Below are positions 39,748 through 50,137 of a stretch of 64,000 nt of DNA, one piece after another. Position numbers and translations under genes: made by a program. The notes under the pieces were generated by a model. That model searched no databases and was not told the DNA's origin. It saw only the letters and a list, made by a program, of their open reading frames with translations. The stretch is from Bacteriovoracaceae bacterium (GTDB lineage: Bacteria > Bdellovibrionota > Bacteriovoracia > Bacteriovoracales > Bacteriovoracaceae), in NCBI GenBank assembly GCA_048270185.1, contig JBLWTJ010000001.1:960001-1024000 (forward strand), in the 5' to 3' direction. Each line of letters starts with the position of its first letter. The first letter of the stretch is position 1.

Positions 39748-40797
39748 ATGGATAGAGGGTATAAAATTTTTATTATTTTAATGGTGACATTTCTGTCACA
39801 AATCACATTAGCACTCGATATTAAAATTGATGAATCAGCATTGAAAGAATTATATCAAGATGCAACCTCAAAGAAGTATGCTTATTTTATCTCAGATTCA
39901 GGAGGCGGAAAGATTCGTCTAAAAGGTCAATCTTCTTTGAGAAGTTGTCTTAAATCAAAGGCTTTTGATTTTAAACAATGTCTTGCAGCTCAATATCGAA
40001 TTAAATCAACCTCTAAGTACAACCAATATGACCTTCATCCAATTACACCGACTAAAAATATTTTCAAAGGTGCTGGTGAGTTAGTTATTATTAGTATCCT
40101 TGAGGCATTGAACTCTCCATATAAGAGAGATTATTCAATCGAAAAATTAAATATAAACGGAAAGTGTATGGGAGTTTATCTCATGCAAAAGCGAATTGAA
40201 AAACAAGTCGATGGATTTAGAATTAAAGTCTCACCCTATAATAAAGTTGGTCTAAATCGCTACAAGAAATATAAACCAAAGAAGGCCAAAAAATATGACG
40301 AGATCATTTCACTAAAACAAGAAGATTTAAAGCTAAGTGATCTTGAGACGACTTCAATCATTGATAGCATGATCATCGAGTTATTCTTCCATCATACAGA
40401 TATAGACTTCACTGAAGACAACGAAAGAAATTTCTTCTTCCTCTATGATAAGCATAAAAAGCTTGGTTTCTACATTGATGATCTTGACGGCTTCTTCAAT
40501 AGTTGGAAATCAAAAGAAGAAGTTCAGGCAAAAGTTAAAAGTAATTTCTTCTATGATTTTATTTTGAATGACCCAGTGGGGAAGAAACTAGTTCAGCAAA
40601 GATATAAGAAATTCTATGATTATATCAACTCAACTCAGTTTAAGATAATGTATAAGAAGCTTATAACGACTGTTTCAGAGCAGTCAAGACAATGTCTTAT
40701 TGCAAGCACTCAATTCGTCATGGGGCCAAATGATATCTTTCTTGAAAAGATATTTGATAAGAAAAGACATGATATCCTAAAAGGAATCCTATACTAG
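39748..40797 (+). CDS. CotH-like secreted kinase-fold protein
   Basis: IRLKGQSS, L.ING..MGVYL...RIE, HTD....N.RN, DLD; signal peptide; leaderless-type promoter TGcTATAAT-N6-ATG. Confidence 0.5.
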   Translation: MDRGYKIFIILMVTFLSQITLALDIKIDESALKELYQDATSKKYAYFISDSGGGKIRLKGQSSLRSCLKSKAFDFKQCLAAQYRIKSTSKYNQYDLHPITPTKNIFKGAGELVIISILEALNSPYKRDYSIEKLNINGKCMGVYLMQKRIEKQVDGFRIKVSPYNKVGLNRYKKYKPKKAKKYDEIISLKQEDLKLSDLETTSIIDSMIIELFFHHTDIDFTEDNERNFFFLYDKHKKLGFYIDDLDGFFNSWKSKEEVQAKVKSNFFYDFILNDPVGKKLVQQRYKKFYDYINSTQFKIMYKKLITTVSEQSRQCLIASTQFVMGPNDIFLEKIFDKKRHDILKGILY

Positions 40798-40908
40798 CTA
40801 CACTTAAAAGTTGATTTCTGTCATAAAAATCTCAAAAAACCTATTCTAGATCATCTTTTTTTTGATTCTCTTAAACTAAGATGAGCACAAGAGTCTCAGG
40901 AGAAGAAT

Positions 40909-42249
40909 GTGACAATATTAAAAGATAGTCTCGTAAAGAAATATAATATCCCAGTACCACGCTACACAAGCTTTCCTGCTGTTCCCTTTTGGACAGGAGC
41001 ACCATCTCAAGAACAATGGTTTGAGCATATTAAAGAAGCCTATAATGAAGAGCAAGGAGTAGAACTCTACATTCATGTGCCTTTTTGTGAAAAGCTTTGT
41101 TACTACTGTGGCTGTCACCGAGTTATCTCAAGAAATAAAGACCGTGGTGTCGAGTATGTCGATTATCTGCTAAAAGAGTGGGATATTTACCTACAAAACC
41201 AAACACAGCTAAATATTTCTTCAGTTCATCTTGGAGGGGGAACACCAAATTTTTTAAATAAAGAAGCCTTCACAAAATTATTTAGAAAATTAAAGGAATC
41301 ATTTCGTGATAGCGACTTTAAAGGTTCAATTGAAATTGATCCTAGAACTTGTACTAAAGATCAACTTGATATGTACAAAGATTTTGGAATCACACGCCTA
41401 TCAATGGGAATCCAAGATTTCGATAATAAAGTGCAAACGGCAATTGGGCGAGTTCAGCCTTATGAAAAAGTAAAAGATCTCGTGGACTATTGTCGTGAAA
41501 TTGGAATCGATGATATTAACTTTGATTTAATCTACGGACTACCACACCAAACAACTGAATCGATTGATGCAACAATATCAAAAGTTATAGCACTTAATCC
41601 ACAACAAGTTGCTTTCTATAGCTATGCTCACTTACCAAGTAAAATTAAAAATCAAAAACTGATTCCAGAAGAGGCCCTGCCACAAGGAGCCAAAAAACGT
41701 TCACTATATGAAGATGGAAAGAAACTTCTCGAAATGAATCACTATAAAGAGATTGGACTTGATCACTTTGCCAAAGAGGACTCACAACTCTATCAAGCTA
41801 AACTTGCAGGGAAGCTTAGAAGAAATTTTATGGGCCACACTCATAAGAATTCTTCAATGATTGTGGGCCTTGGTTGTTCATCAATTTCTTCTTCAACAAT
41901 TAGTTTTGCGCAAAATGAAAAAGACGTGAAAAAATATTATCAAATGATCGATCAAGGAAAGCTTGCCATCTCTTCAGGACACATTCATACAAAAGAAGAT
42001 CTTGCTGTTGAAAGCCTTCTTCAGTCCTTTTTTGCGACAGATAGTATTTCAAAAGGCCAATGGGACTCGCTCAAAAATAAGGATTTCATCGAAGAACGTC
42101 TGCACGAGTTACAAGAAGATGGCCTAATTTCAGGTCGAGATAAATTAGTCGTTACAGGGCAAGGGCGACCTTTTATGCGCAATATTGCTAGCGTCTTCGA
42201 TCACCACCTTACAATGAAGAAACAAAATGCCGGCTCTCGTTCACTATAA
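40909..42249 (+). CDS. hemN: oxygen-independent coproporphyrinogen III oxidase
   Basis: PRYTSFP, LYIHVPFCEKLCYYCGC, GGGTP, IGLDHF, RNFMG. Confidence 0.95.
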   Translation: MTILKDSLVKKYNIPVPRYTSFPAVPFWTGAPSQEQWFEHIKEAYNEEQGVELYIHVPFCEKLCYYCGCHRVISRNKDRGVEYVDYLLKEWDIYLQNQTQLNISSVHLGGGTPNFLNKEAFTKLFRKLKESFRDSDFKGSIEIDPRTCTKDQLDMYKDFGITRLSMGIQDFDNKVQTAIGRVQPYEKVKDLVDYCREIGIDDINFDLIYGLPHQTTESIDATISKVIALNPQQVAFYSYAHLPSKIKNQKLIPEEALPQGAKKRSLYEDGKKLLEMNHYKEIGLDHFAKEDSQLYQAKLAGKLRRNFMGHTHKNSSMIVGLGCSSISSSTISFAQNEKDVKKYYQMIDQGKLAISSGHIHTKEDLAVESLLQSFFATDSISKGQWDSLKNKDFIEERLHELQEDGLISGRDKLVVTGQGRPFMRNIASVFDHHLTMKKQNAGSRSL

Positions 42250-42265
42250 CGAGAGCACTATAATT

Positions 42266-42829
42266 TTAGATCTTGAAGATTTCTTTTATTTCTTCATCAG
42301 GCTTTAACTGACCGGCGCGGTAATCCATAATCTTCTTACGTTTCTCATTATAGTAGTAATGAAGATGGATTAGGACTCCAAACTTATCATCCATCTCCAT
42401 TTTTGAGATGATAAAACCTGCTTTTAACTTTGGAATGATAACGGAGTTATTTGTAGCGCAGTGGCGAGAATAAACTAACTGAAAGCCTTCCGCTTCAAGA
42501 ATCGCTAAGCACTTATCAAGCATGGCCCCATAGACACCATGACGACGATACTCAGGTAGAACGGCAGAGTTGCACATATAATAAGTTGTACTATTTTCTT
42601 GGAATCCCCAACTCCATCCGATGAAGTTATTGTCCTTATCAAATACAGCTAAGCAGAGTTTATATGGTTCTCCCATATTCTGACCTAGACGTTTAACATT
42701 ATCGAGTTCTTCTTTAGACAAGACATCCCAAAGAGGAAAGCTATGATCTTCTTGAAAAACCTCGACTCGATGCTCTTGGTATAATTTATCAAATTCTTTC
42801 GGTCCTAAAACCCTGACTTCATATTCCAT
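42266..42829 (-). CDS. GNAT-family acetyltransferase
   Basis: SAVLPEYRRHGVY motif A. Confidence 0.85.
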   Translation of the reverse strand: MEYEVRVLGPKEFDKLYQEHRVEVFQEDHSFPLWDVLSKEELDNVKRLGQNMGEPYKLCLAVFDKDNNFIGWSWGFQENSTTYYMCNSAVLPEYRRHGVYGAMLDKCLAILEAEGFQLVYSRHCATNNSVIIPKLKAGFIISKMEMDDKFGVLIHLHYYYNEKRKKIMDYRAGQLKPDEEIKEIFKI

Positions 42830-42925
42830 AATAGGTTTATGATATAATCAATTCATAGAAAAGCAATATAAGACTTTTGGTAAAGAGGGAGATCGAGAAA
42901 AATCCCCCTCCAGAGAGTGTTCAAA

Positions 42926-43519
42926 TTAGAATCTAAAACCGATACCTACACCAACAAGAAGTGGGTCAATATCAACCTCAGCATTAACAATTGTTCCACT
43001 ATTATTTACGACTGCGTCTGTTTGAAGAAATAATTTTTTAACGTCAAAGTTAAGGTAGAGATTTTCTGCTACTTTAACATCTGTCCCGATTTGTAGAGCA
43101 TATCCAAATGAATCATCATACTTAGTTGAAGTCATATCACCTGGAACTTCACCGTAGAAGATTGTGTAGTTAAGACCTGCACCAACATAAGGTTTAAACT
43201 TACCAAACTCCATGTGGTATTGAGCAAGTAGTGTTGGAGGTAGAAGAGAAACACTACCAAGACTTCCTGTACCATTTAGATTTACATCATGAGTTGCAGT
43301 TGCAAGGATTAACTCAAGTGCGAAGTTTTTAGTAAAAAAGTAAGAGAAGTCGACCTCAGGGACTGATTCATTATTAATAGCGACATTACCGCCGATGCTA
43401 TCGCTTACATCAGGACTTACACCTAAGGCCCTTACACGAACCATGGCATTGTCTTGTGCGAATGAGTATGAGTTAAAAAGTAAAAAGAATAAAATTGAAA
43501 TAATCGATGTTTTTTTCAT
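42926..43519 (-). CDS. ompW: OmpW-family outer membrane protein
   Basis: LPPTLLAQYH, KPYVGAGLNYT.F, IDPLLVGVGIGFRF; start after GGAG. Confidence 0.92.
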   Translation of the reverse strand: MKKTSIISILFFLLFNSYSFAQDNAMVRVRALGVSPDVSDSIGGNVAINNESVPEVDFSYFFTKNFALELILATATHDVNLNGTGSLGSVSLLPPTLLAQYHMEFGKFKPYVGAGLNYTIFYGEVPGDMTSTKYDDSFGYALQIGTDVKVAENLYLNFDVKKLFLQTDAVVNNSGTIVNAEVDIDPLLVGVGIGFRF

Positions 43520-43605
43520 AAAAACTCCTTTAATAATTCGATGACTTAAAATTATCAAAGGAGTTTATGAAAAATTATGAGTAATATCAGTAAGGATAAA
43601 ATAAA

Positions 43606-44061
43606 TTAAAAAAAGAATCCCCACTCTTTCATGAATTCTTTATCGCTCTTATCAAAGATTGGCCAAAACCCTTGAGACCCTAAGTGCTCGCCTGTTTCAT
43701 AGTCAATCGTATGATTCATCCAACCAGTTGGTTCAGGGCCAACAAAACGACGTAGTACTATTCTTCCATCAACAATATAGTCTGAGCGATGATATGTTAC
43801 TGTGAAAATTGAGCCATCTGCTTTTCTTCTAAAGAAGCGAATTACTTCGCGATCACTAAGGTCTTCTCCAAGCTTCCACATAAGAGTTGTTTCACCAAAG
43901 TCCTTCGCTTTATACCAACCACCGACAAGGTAATCATGTTCCATATCAGAAACCATTGAACGAAACTCCTGATATTCCTTCATTAATGTCTTAGCATCTG
44001 GATGGTTATAACCAAGAACAAGACAAGGTAGCATTGCTAACATTAAAATAATTGATTTCAT
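43606..44061 (-). CDS. hypothetical secreted protein
   Basis: Signal peptide after GGAG RBS. Confidence 0.7.
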   Translation of the reverse strand: MKSIILMLAMLPCLVLGYNHPDAKTLMKEYQEFRSMVSDMEHDYLVGGWYKAKDFGETTLMWKLGEDLSDREVIRFFRRKADGSIFTVTYHRSDYIVDGRIVLRRFVGPEPTGWMNHTIDYETGEHLGSQGFWPIFDKSDKEFMKEWGFFF

Positions 44062-44237
44062 TTTTATCTCCATTTTGTGTGAATGTGTGTTTGCGCAATA
44101 AAAATGCATAATTTCGCGAACTCTGTCTAGTTAAGAAATATTGAACTCATAATTTCAAGCACTTAGACTGGTGGTAATTCTTATAGGAGATCATTTCATC
44201 AAGGCCATTTTCTTGAAATTTGTGGTACTTATCCCCT

Positions 44238-46412
44238 ATGCAAGTAAACGTTAGATACCTCGACAATTTGAAAATCGAAGCCAGCTTCGACGACTTTAAA
44301 ATCATCTCAGATCAGCCTGTTCGCTACAAAGGTGACGGTACGGCCCCTGGCCCTTATGACTATTTCCTAGCATCTTCGGCCATGTGCGCGGCCTACTTTG
44401 CAAAGGTCTATTGTAATAGTCGTGATATTCCAACTGATGATATTCGCATCAGTCAGCAAAATATTGTGGACCCAGATAATCGCTATAAGCAATCCTTTGT
44501 CATACATGCAGAACTTCCTGCTTCGATTTCTGAAAAAGATAAGAAAGGTATTCTTGCTTCGATGGAGCGCTGTACAGTTAAGCGTGTTATTCAAAATGAA
44601 ATTGATTTTAAAATTGAAGCAAAAGAAGTTTTAGGAAATGACGTTAAACTTGAATATGAAGTCGAAAATACTAAAACCATGATTGCAGGTAAAGATTGTT
44701 CCCTTGAAGAGACAATCGAAAATATGACAGAGCTTCTTGCAGGTCTTGGAATTAAAATTGAAATCGCTTCTTGGCGTAACCAAGTCCCTCACGTTTGGTC
44801 TGTCCATATTAGAGATGCCGACTCGCCAATGTGCTTTACAAATGGAAAAGGTGCCACAAAAGATGCAGCACTAGCTTCGGCCCTTGGTGAATACCTTGAG
44901 CGTATCAGCACAAATTACTTCTATAGTGATTACTATCTTGGAGAAGAGATCGCTAACGCAGATTTCGTTCACTACCCTAATGAAAAATGGTTTGAGATTC
45001 CAGAGGATGATTCTCTTCCAGAAGGCCTTATGGATGAAACTCTGATTTCTGCCTACGACAATGATGGAGAGCTTGGAGCTTCAAATCTTGTCGATACAAA
45101 TTCGGGAAATTTTGATCGCGGTGTTTGCGCTCTTCCTTATGAAAGACAATCAGATGGTGAAACGGTTTATATTCCAGTTAACTTGATTGCCAACCTCTTT
45201 GTTAGTAACGGCATGAGTGCAGGAAACACAAAGTATGAAGCACGTGTTCAATGTCTTTCGGAAATCTTTGAGCGAGCAGTAAAGAACCAAATCATCACAG
45301 AAGAAATCACTCTGCCAGATGTTCCAAAGACTGTTCTTGAAAAATATCCAACCATTATGGAAGGAATTAATAAGCTTGAAGAAGCAGGATTTCCTATCGT
45401 TGTAAAAGATGCTTCTCTTGGCGGAAAGTTTCCAGTTATGTGTGTAACGCTGATGAACCCTAGAAATGGCGGTGTTTTTGCATCTTTTGGAGCACACCCA
45501 CGTTTTGAAGTGGCATTAGAGAGATCTCTTACAGAACTTCTACAAGGACGAAGTTTTGAGGGAATGAATGATACTTTTCCACCAACATTTAATGAATTCG
45601 CAATTCGAGAACACAATAATATCGTTGATCATTTTATAGATTCAACGGGAGTAATCTCTTGGCGATTCTTTGGGGCAAAACCACAATATGAATTTAACGA
45701 GTGGAATTTCTCAGGAACGACAGAAGAAGAATACAACTACCTCATGGGTATTTTAAATGAACTTGAAAAAGAAGTTTATATAGCTGATTATAATGAATTA
45801 GGAGCTGCCGCTTGCCGTATTCTGGTTCCTAATTATTCTGAAATCTATCGTCCAGAGGATCTAGTTTGGGATAATCACAATCAGGCCCTTGATTACCGTG
45901 AGGCCATTTTAAATCTCCACGCACTCGACAATGAAGACCTAGAAGAACTTGTGGGACAACTTGAAGAGAGCTCTCTTGATAATTATATGCCTGTATCTGA
46001 ACTCATTGGCGTAGCCTTTGACGAAAGTACAGTTTGGGGGCAATTAGTTATTGGAGAACTTAAGGCCCTTACCTACCTAGCACTTAAACAATTTGAAGAG
46101 GCCAAAGAGCTAGTTGAGATGCTTGGAACATTTAATGATAATACTATTGAGAGACGCCGCTTCTACCAGGTATTAAATATCGCCCTTGATATTGAATTAG
46201 GAGATGATCTTGAAATGGCCGACTATATTGAGAGCTTAACTCGTATGTACGGAGTAGAATTACTTGAGCGTGTGACAAAGACATTAAGTGGAGAAAATCG
46301 CTTTGATGGCCTAACACCAACGAGTTCAAATCTTGAGGGAATTGATAAGCACCTAAAGTTAATTGAAAGTTACAAAAAACTACAATTGGCACGTCACAAC
46401 TTTCTTAAATAA
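44238..46412 (+). CDS. OsmC-domain/YcaO-domain fusion protein
   Basis: N-terminal OsmC (DQP...GDG.APGP.D.FLAS..MC; ERC.V); YcaO NGKG, SNGMSAGNT, EIFER, ERSLTELLQGR. Confidence 0.9.
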   Translation: MQVNVRYLDNLKIEASFDDFKIISDQPVRYKGDGTAPGPYDYFLASSAMCAAYFAKVYCNSRDIPTDDIRISQQNIVDPDNRYKQSFVIHAELPASISEKDKKGILASMERCTVKRVIQNEIDFKIEAKEVLGNDVKLEYEVENTKTMIAGKDCSLEETIENMTELLAGLGIKIEIASWRNQVPHVWSVHIRDADSPMCFTNGKGATKDAALASALGEYLERISTNYFYSDYYLGEEIANADFVHYPNEKWFEIPEDDSLPEGLMDETLISAYDNDGELGASNLVDTNSGNFDRGVCALPYERQSDGETVYIPVNLIANLFVSNGMSAGNTKYEARVQCLSEIFERAVKNQIITEEITLPDVPKTVLEKYPTIMEGINKLEEAGFPIVVKDASLGGKFPVMCVTLMNPRNGGVFASFGAHPRFEVALERSLTELLQGRSFEGMNDTFPPTFNEFAIREHNNIVDHFIDSTGVISWRFFGAKPQYEFNEWNFSGTTEEEYNYLMGILNELEKEVYIADYNELGAAACRILVPNYSEIYRPEDLVWDNHNQALDYREAILNLHALDNEDLEELVGQLEESSLDNYMPVSELIGVAFDESTVWGQLVIGELKALTYLALKQFEEAKELVEMLGTFNDNTIERRRFYQVLNIALDIELGDDLEMADYIESLTRMYGVELLERVTKTLSGENRFDGLTPTSSNLEGIDKHLKLIESYKKLQLARHNFLK

Positions 46413-46459
46413 ATCTTTATGGTAACCTCTATAGGAATAATCTTATGGAGGTTACAAAT

Positions 46460-47002
46460 ATGACAAATCTATTAGAAATTAAATTCAAAGACGGCAAAGG
46501 CCTTGATAAAACAATCAAAGACTTCGATGCCAAAGCATACCTAATTGTAAACGTTGCTTCAAAATGTGGCCTAACACCTCAGTATGAGGCCCTACAATCT
46601 CTCTACAAAGAGTACCAACCTCAAGGCCTAGAGATTCTTGCCTTCCCTGCTAATGAATTTCTTGCACAAGAGCCAGGTTCAAATGATGAGATCCAACAAT
46701 TCTGCTCTCTTGAGTACAACGTTACTTTTCCAGTAAATGAAAAGATTGTTGTTAAAGGTGAAGGACAACATCCTCTTTATAAGACACTGACAGAAACAAA
46801 GAAAGAGGCCACAAGAAATGAGAAGCCAGACTTTGAACAATTACTAATCAAGAACGATCTGATCACAGGCGAAGATCATGATATTCATTGGAATTTTGAA
46901 AAATTTCTTGTGAATAGTAATGGTGAAATTATCGAGAGGTTCTTCCCAGATATTGCACCAAATGATGAAAAGATTGTTTCTAAACTAAAAGAGCTACTTT
47001 AA
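46460..47002 (+). CDS. glutathione peroxidase
   Basis: VNVASKCGLTPQY, FPANEF..QEPG, WNFEKFLV. Confidence 0.93.
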   Translation: MTNLLEIKFKDGKGLDKTIKDFDAKAYLIVNVASKCGLTPQYEALQSLYKEYQPQGLEILAFPANEFLAQEPGSNDEIQQFCSLEYNVTFPVNEKIVVKGEGQHPLYKTLTETKKEATRNEKPDFEQLLIKNDLITGEDHDIHWNFEKFLVNSNGEIIERFFPDIAPNDEKIVSKLKELL

Positions 47003-47004
47003 TA

Positions 47005-47030
47005 AAAGAGATGGCCTAGGCCATCTCTTT
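47005..47030. terminator. 26-bp perfect palindrome, bidirectional terminator
   Basis: AAAGAGATGGCCTAGGCCATCTCTTT between convergent stops. Confidence 0.75.
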
Positions 47031-47037
47031 ATATCTT

Positions 47038-47874
47038 CTATCTATTAAAAATATTTCTTAGACGGTCAAAGAATCCACCTGAGCTATCTCTAGCATCTTG
47101 GATTGTTTCAGTAATTTCATTCGTACATTCTCTAATTAAATCAGATGAATTAATTGTTGAAAGTTTCATTTTATTAATGAAGCATTGCTCTTCTTCTGCA
47201 GAGTCAACGAATGATAATGCTCTCACCATATTTACCGTCGGTGCTTCAAAAGCTCTCGCTCCCTCTCCTTCACCATTGTAGAATCTCATAGCATTGATTG
47301 CGTGCTCATTTTCAAATTTTGCACATTGCTCAATTGCATAAACTTTAATTGAATTATATCGACCTAGGATTTCAACACATTCAAATTGAACTTCGTTTTG
47401 AATCTTATTACAATTTGAAATAATTTCATCACTTAAGTTATATTTAGAATCAAGGTGATCAACACAAGCAGTGCTTGCAGCTTTCGTTCCAAGCTTTAAT
47501 CTTAAACCCTCTTTTGATTTAATTCCTGTAAATTCATTACACATAACATCTGATTCAATTTCACATTTTACAATATTCTTCTTTGAATCAATGACACTAC
47601 AATCAACAATATCGTGATTAATAACATCATCAAGACGACCTTCCGTACAAATCTCAGCGACTTTTTCATTTACTAATTCTTTTGCTTTCTTAATTGCCGA
47701 TAGCCTTGCTTTTACTTCTGGAAGGATAAGAACCTTACTACTGTCTTCAACCGTTGTTGAAAATTTAATTCGTTGCTCACCACCATAGAATGAAGTTGCT
47801 TCAATAACGTCGATGGTAGAAGTTGCAGCCATTGTGTTGGCAGCTAAAACTAGTAGTAATAATGATTTTTTCAT
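47038..47874 (-). CDS. hypothetical secreted Cys-rich protein
   Basis: Signal peptide, about 10 Cys. Confidence 0.7.
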   Translation of the reverse strand: MKKSLLLLVLAANTMAATSTIDVIEATSFYGGEQRIKFSTTVEDSSKVLILPEVKARLSAIKKAKELVNEKVAEICTEGRLDDVINHDIVDCSVIDSKKNIVKCEIESDVMCNEFTGIKSKEGLRLKLGTKAASTACVDHLDSKYNLSDEIISNCNKIQNEVQFECVEILGRYNSIKVYAIEQCAKFENEHAINAMRFYNGEGEGARAFEAPTVNMVRALSFVDSAEEEQCFINKMKLSTINSSDLIRECTNEITETIQDARDSSGGFFDRLRNIFNR

Positions 47875-48007
47875 GTGGGTCCTCTTTCTTTAAGTGTGTT
47901 TGCTAAAGTATGCCAAACAATAGTCCCACTTTCTTTTATTTAGAAAAATCTACAGATGGTGTTATAATTTAGACATCTGCTAACTATATGAATTTACGAG
48001 GTTTATC

Positions 48008-48319
48008 ATGAAGAAATTAGTATTTTTCGTCCCTAAAGAAGATGCTGAAGCCGTGAAAGATGCTATCTTTGAAGCGGGAGCAGGAACAATTGGTAATTAT
48101 GACTGCTGTTGCTTTGAAACAGAAGGCGTTGGCCAGTTTAGGCCACTAGATGGTTCTAATCCCCATATTGGTTATCAAGATGAAGTTGAAAGAGTTGTGG
48201 AGCTTAAGATTGAAACAATCTGTCCTGATCATAAAGTAAAAGAAGTGATTGCGGTCTTAAAGCAAGCTCATCCATACGAGGAACCTGCCATTGACCTTTA
48301 TGAGTTAGTTAACTTTTAG
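48008..48319 (+). CDS. NIF3/YqfO-like PII-fold small protein
   Basis: AGAG.IGNYD.C.F...G.GQFRP..GSNP.IG, AHPYEEPA. Confidence 0.9.
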   Translation: MKKLVFFVPKEDAEAVKDAIFEAGAGTIGNYDCCCFETEGVGQFRPLDGSNPHIGYQDEVERVVELKIETICPDHKVKEVIAVLKQAHPYEEPAIDLYELVNF

Positions 48320-48328
48320 ACTTTTTAA

Positions 48329-49279
48329 TTAGCGCTCAACACATGTGTGTCTAACGATTTCACTTAGACCATCACCTGATTCAACTTCAGTTGTATAAAT
48401 CAGCTCGTCTTCAGTCTTTCCATAAGTGATGGCCTCTTGCTGATAGAGATCCTTAGTTCTAAAAATTTTCATGTCTTTCTTCTCATTGATTTTTCTAAGA
48501 TCAAATTTATCAATCCCATCAAAATCAATTTTTAACTCCATCACGGCCGAATAAGTTAAGATAAGTAGCTTCTTTCCATCTTTGCTAATATCCATTGCAG
48601 TTGGGATTCTTCCCCATAGATTGAAATTATAAAGTTGGTATGGAAGATCAATTGTTGCGACTTCCACTAAGTTTACCTGGTGCTCGCCTTTTGCCATGGC
48701 ATCAGCAATTTTCTTCTTATCAACTTTAAAAAGTTTTGCTGGCATTGCACGACGATTCTCTTCATCGACTGTTTTTGTTAAAAGGTAGATATCACCATTT
48801 GGGTGAACAACTAAGCTTTCAGAATTATACTTACGATCAGGATAATTCATTTTTAACTTAAAAAGTGGATTCACTTCTTTTGTATCTTCCGTAATATCAG
48901 CTTCTTTAATTGCAATAACTGATAAGTACTTTCTCTTTTCTTTATTATCACCAATATCTGCGATGAAGAGACAACTATCATTTCCACATGGGCCTAGGGC
49001 CAGGTCTTCCATGTCATAAGGTTTGTAATTATTAACTTTATACTTCTGAAGAGATTTTCCCGTCATTGTTGTCGTATAGAAGAATGGCCCAGAACCAGAG
49101 TCATTAATATTATACATGCGGTCGCTAAATTTTTGAGAAAGAGCAATTCCTGAAGATTCATTTAAGACACTTGTATCAAGAGTTCCAATCACCTGTGGTT
49201 CTGACCACTTTTGACAAAGGGCAAATGAAGAGCAAGATGTAAAAAGAGTAAGTGATAGAACTGATAGTAGACGAAGCAT
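48329..49279 (-). CDS. secreted beta-propeller-like protein
   Basis: ESSG, NDSG, D.EDLA, ADIGDN, ESL, QQEAI motifs. Confidence 0.65.
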   Translation of the reverse strand: MLRLLSVLSLTLFTSCSSFALCQKWSEPQVIGTLDTSVLNESSGIALSQKFSDRMYNINDSGSGPFFYTTTMTGKSLQKYKVNNYKPYDMEDLALGPCGNDSCLFIADIGDNKEKRKYLSVIAIKEADITEDTKEVNPLFKLKMNYPDRKYNSESLVVHPNGDIYLLTKTVDEENRRAMPAKLFKVDKKKIADAMAKGEHQVNLVEVATIDLPYQLYNFNLWGRIPTAMDISKDGKKLLILTYSAVMELKIDFDGIDKFDLRKINEKKDMKIFRTKDLYQQEAITYGKTEDELIYTTEVESGDGLSEIVRHTCVER

Positions 49280-49355
49280 GAATCCCCCAAAATGTTGCTG
49301 GACTATTAAATCACTGGTCGTTTAGTATGACAATATAAACGCCTTGGAGAATGTC

Positions 49356-50135
49356 ATGCTCGACTTTAGCAAGAAACCTATAATTCCAGTAATTTACCTA
49401 CGCCCACTACTTGGCTACCCGAGTCATCCAGGGATCAATCAGGTCATTGACATGGCCCTTGAAGATCTTGAAGTTCTAAGAAAGTGTGGTGTTGACGGTG
49501 CCTTACTCGAAAATGAGCACGACAGGCCTTATACAATTAAGGCCTCCAAAGAAGTCATTGCGTCCATGAGTGTAGTGGCCCACGCTATCCAAAGACACGC
49601 AGGTACTTTTCCAATCGGTAGTGAGTTCTTAATTAATGACCCTGAGGCTTCCCTTGCCATTGCTAAGGCCGGCGGAAATTCATTTATACGTACCGACTAT
49701 TTTGTCGATCGCATGGCCCGCGAAGAATATGGCGGAGAAATGGAAATTGATCCTCAAGGCTTACTCGACTATCGTGCGAAAATTGGTGCAGAAGATATTC
49801 AGCTTCTCACAGATATTCAGGTTAAGTATGCAACCATGTTAGAAGATAAAACGCTTGCTCAGTCAGCGGCCGATGCTTATCGATTTAATAGTGCCGCGGC
49901 CGTGGTCTCTTCACATGAAACAGGAACTGCTCCAAGTGCAAAAGAAATTCTAAGCGCACGAGAAGGGGCACCTAAACTTCCTATTATCATTGGCTCAGGA
50001 CTATCTCTTGAAAACCTTGATGAACTCTATCCTCTCATCGATGGTGCCATTGTTGGTAGTGCATTGATGACGCAGACAAGAATGGACTACGAAAAGGTTG
50101 CACCATTTATGGATAAGGTCTTTAGGCTTAGATAA
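49356..50135 (+). CDS. BtpA/SgcQ-family TIM-barrel protein
   Basis: L.PL.G.P, GVDG.LLENEHD.PY, DIQVKYA, TGTAP, IGSG, IVGS. Confidence 0.85.
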   Translation: MLDFSKKPIIPVIYLRPLLGYPSHPGINQVIDMALEDLEVLRKCGVDGALLENEHDRPYTIKASKEVIASMSVVAHAIQRHAGTFPIGSEFLINDPEASLAIAKAGGNSFIRTDYFVDRMAREEYGGEMEIDPQGLLDYRAKIGAEDIQLLTDIQVKYATMLEDKTLAQSAADAYRFNSAAAVVSSHETGTAPSAKEILSAREGAPKLPIIIGSGLSLENLDELYPLIDGAIVGSALMTQTRMDYEKVAPFMDKVFRLR

Positions 50136-50137
50136 AT

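Noticed and set aside
40811..40875. FNR-like boxes upstream of hemN (TTGAT-ttct-GTCAT; TTGAT-tctc-TTAAA)
   Set aside because: Only one half-site matches well; likely by chance in AT-rich DNA
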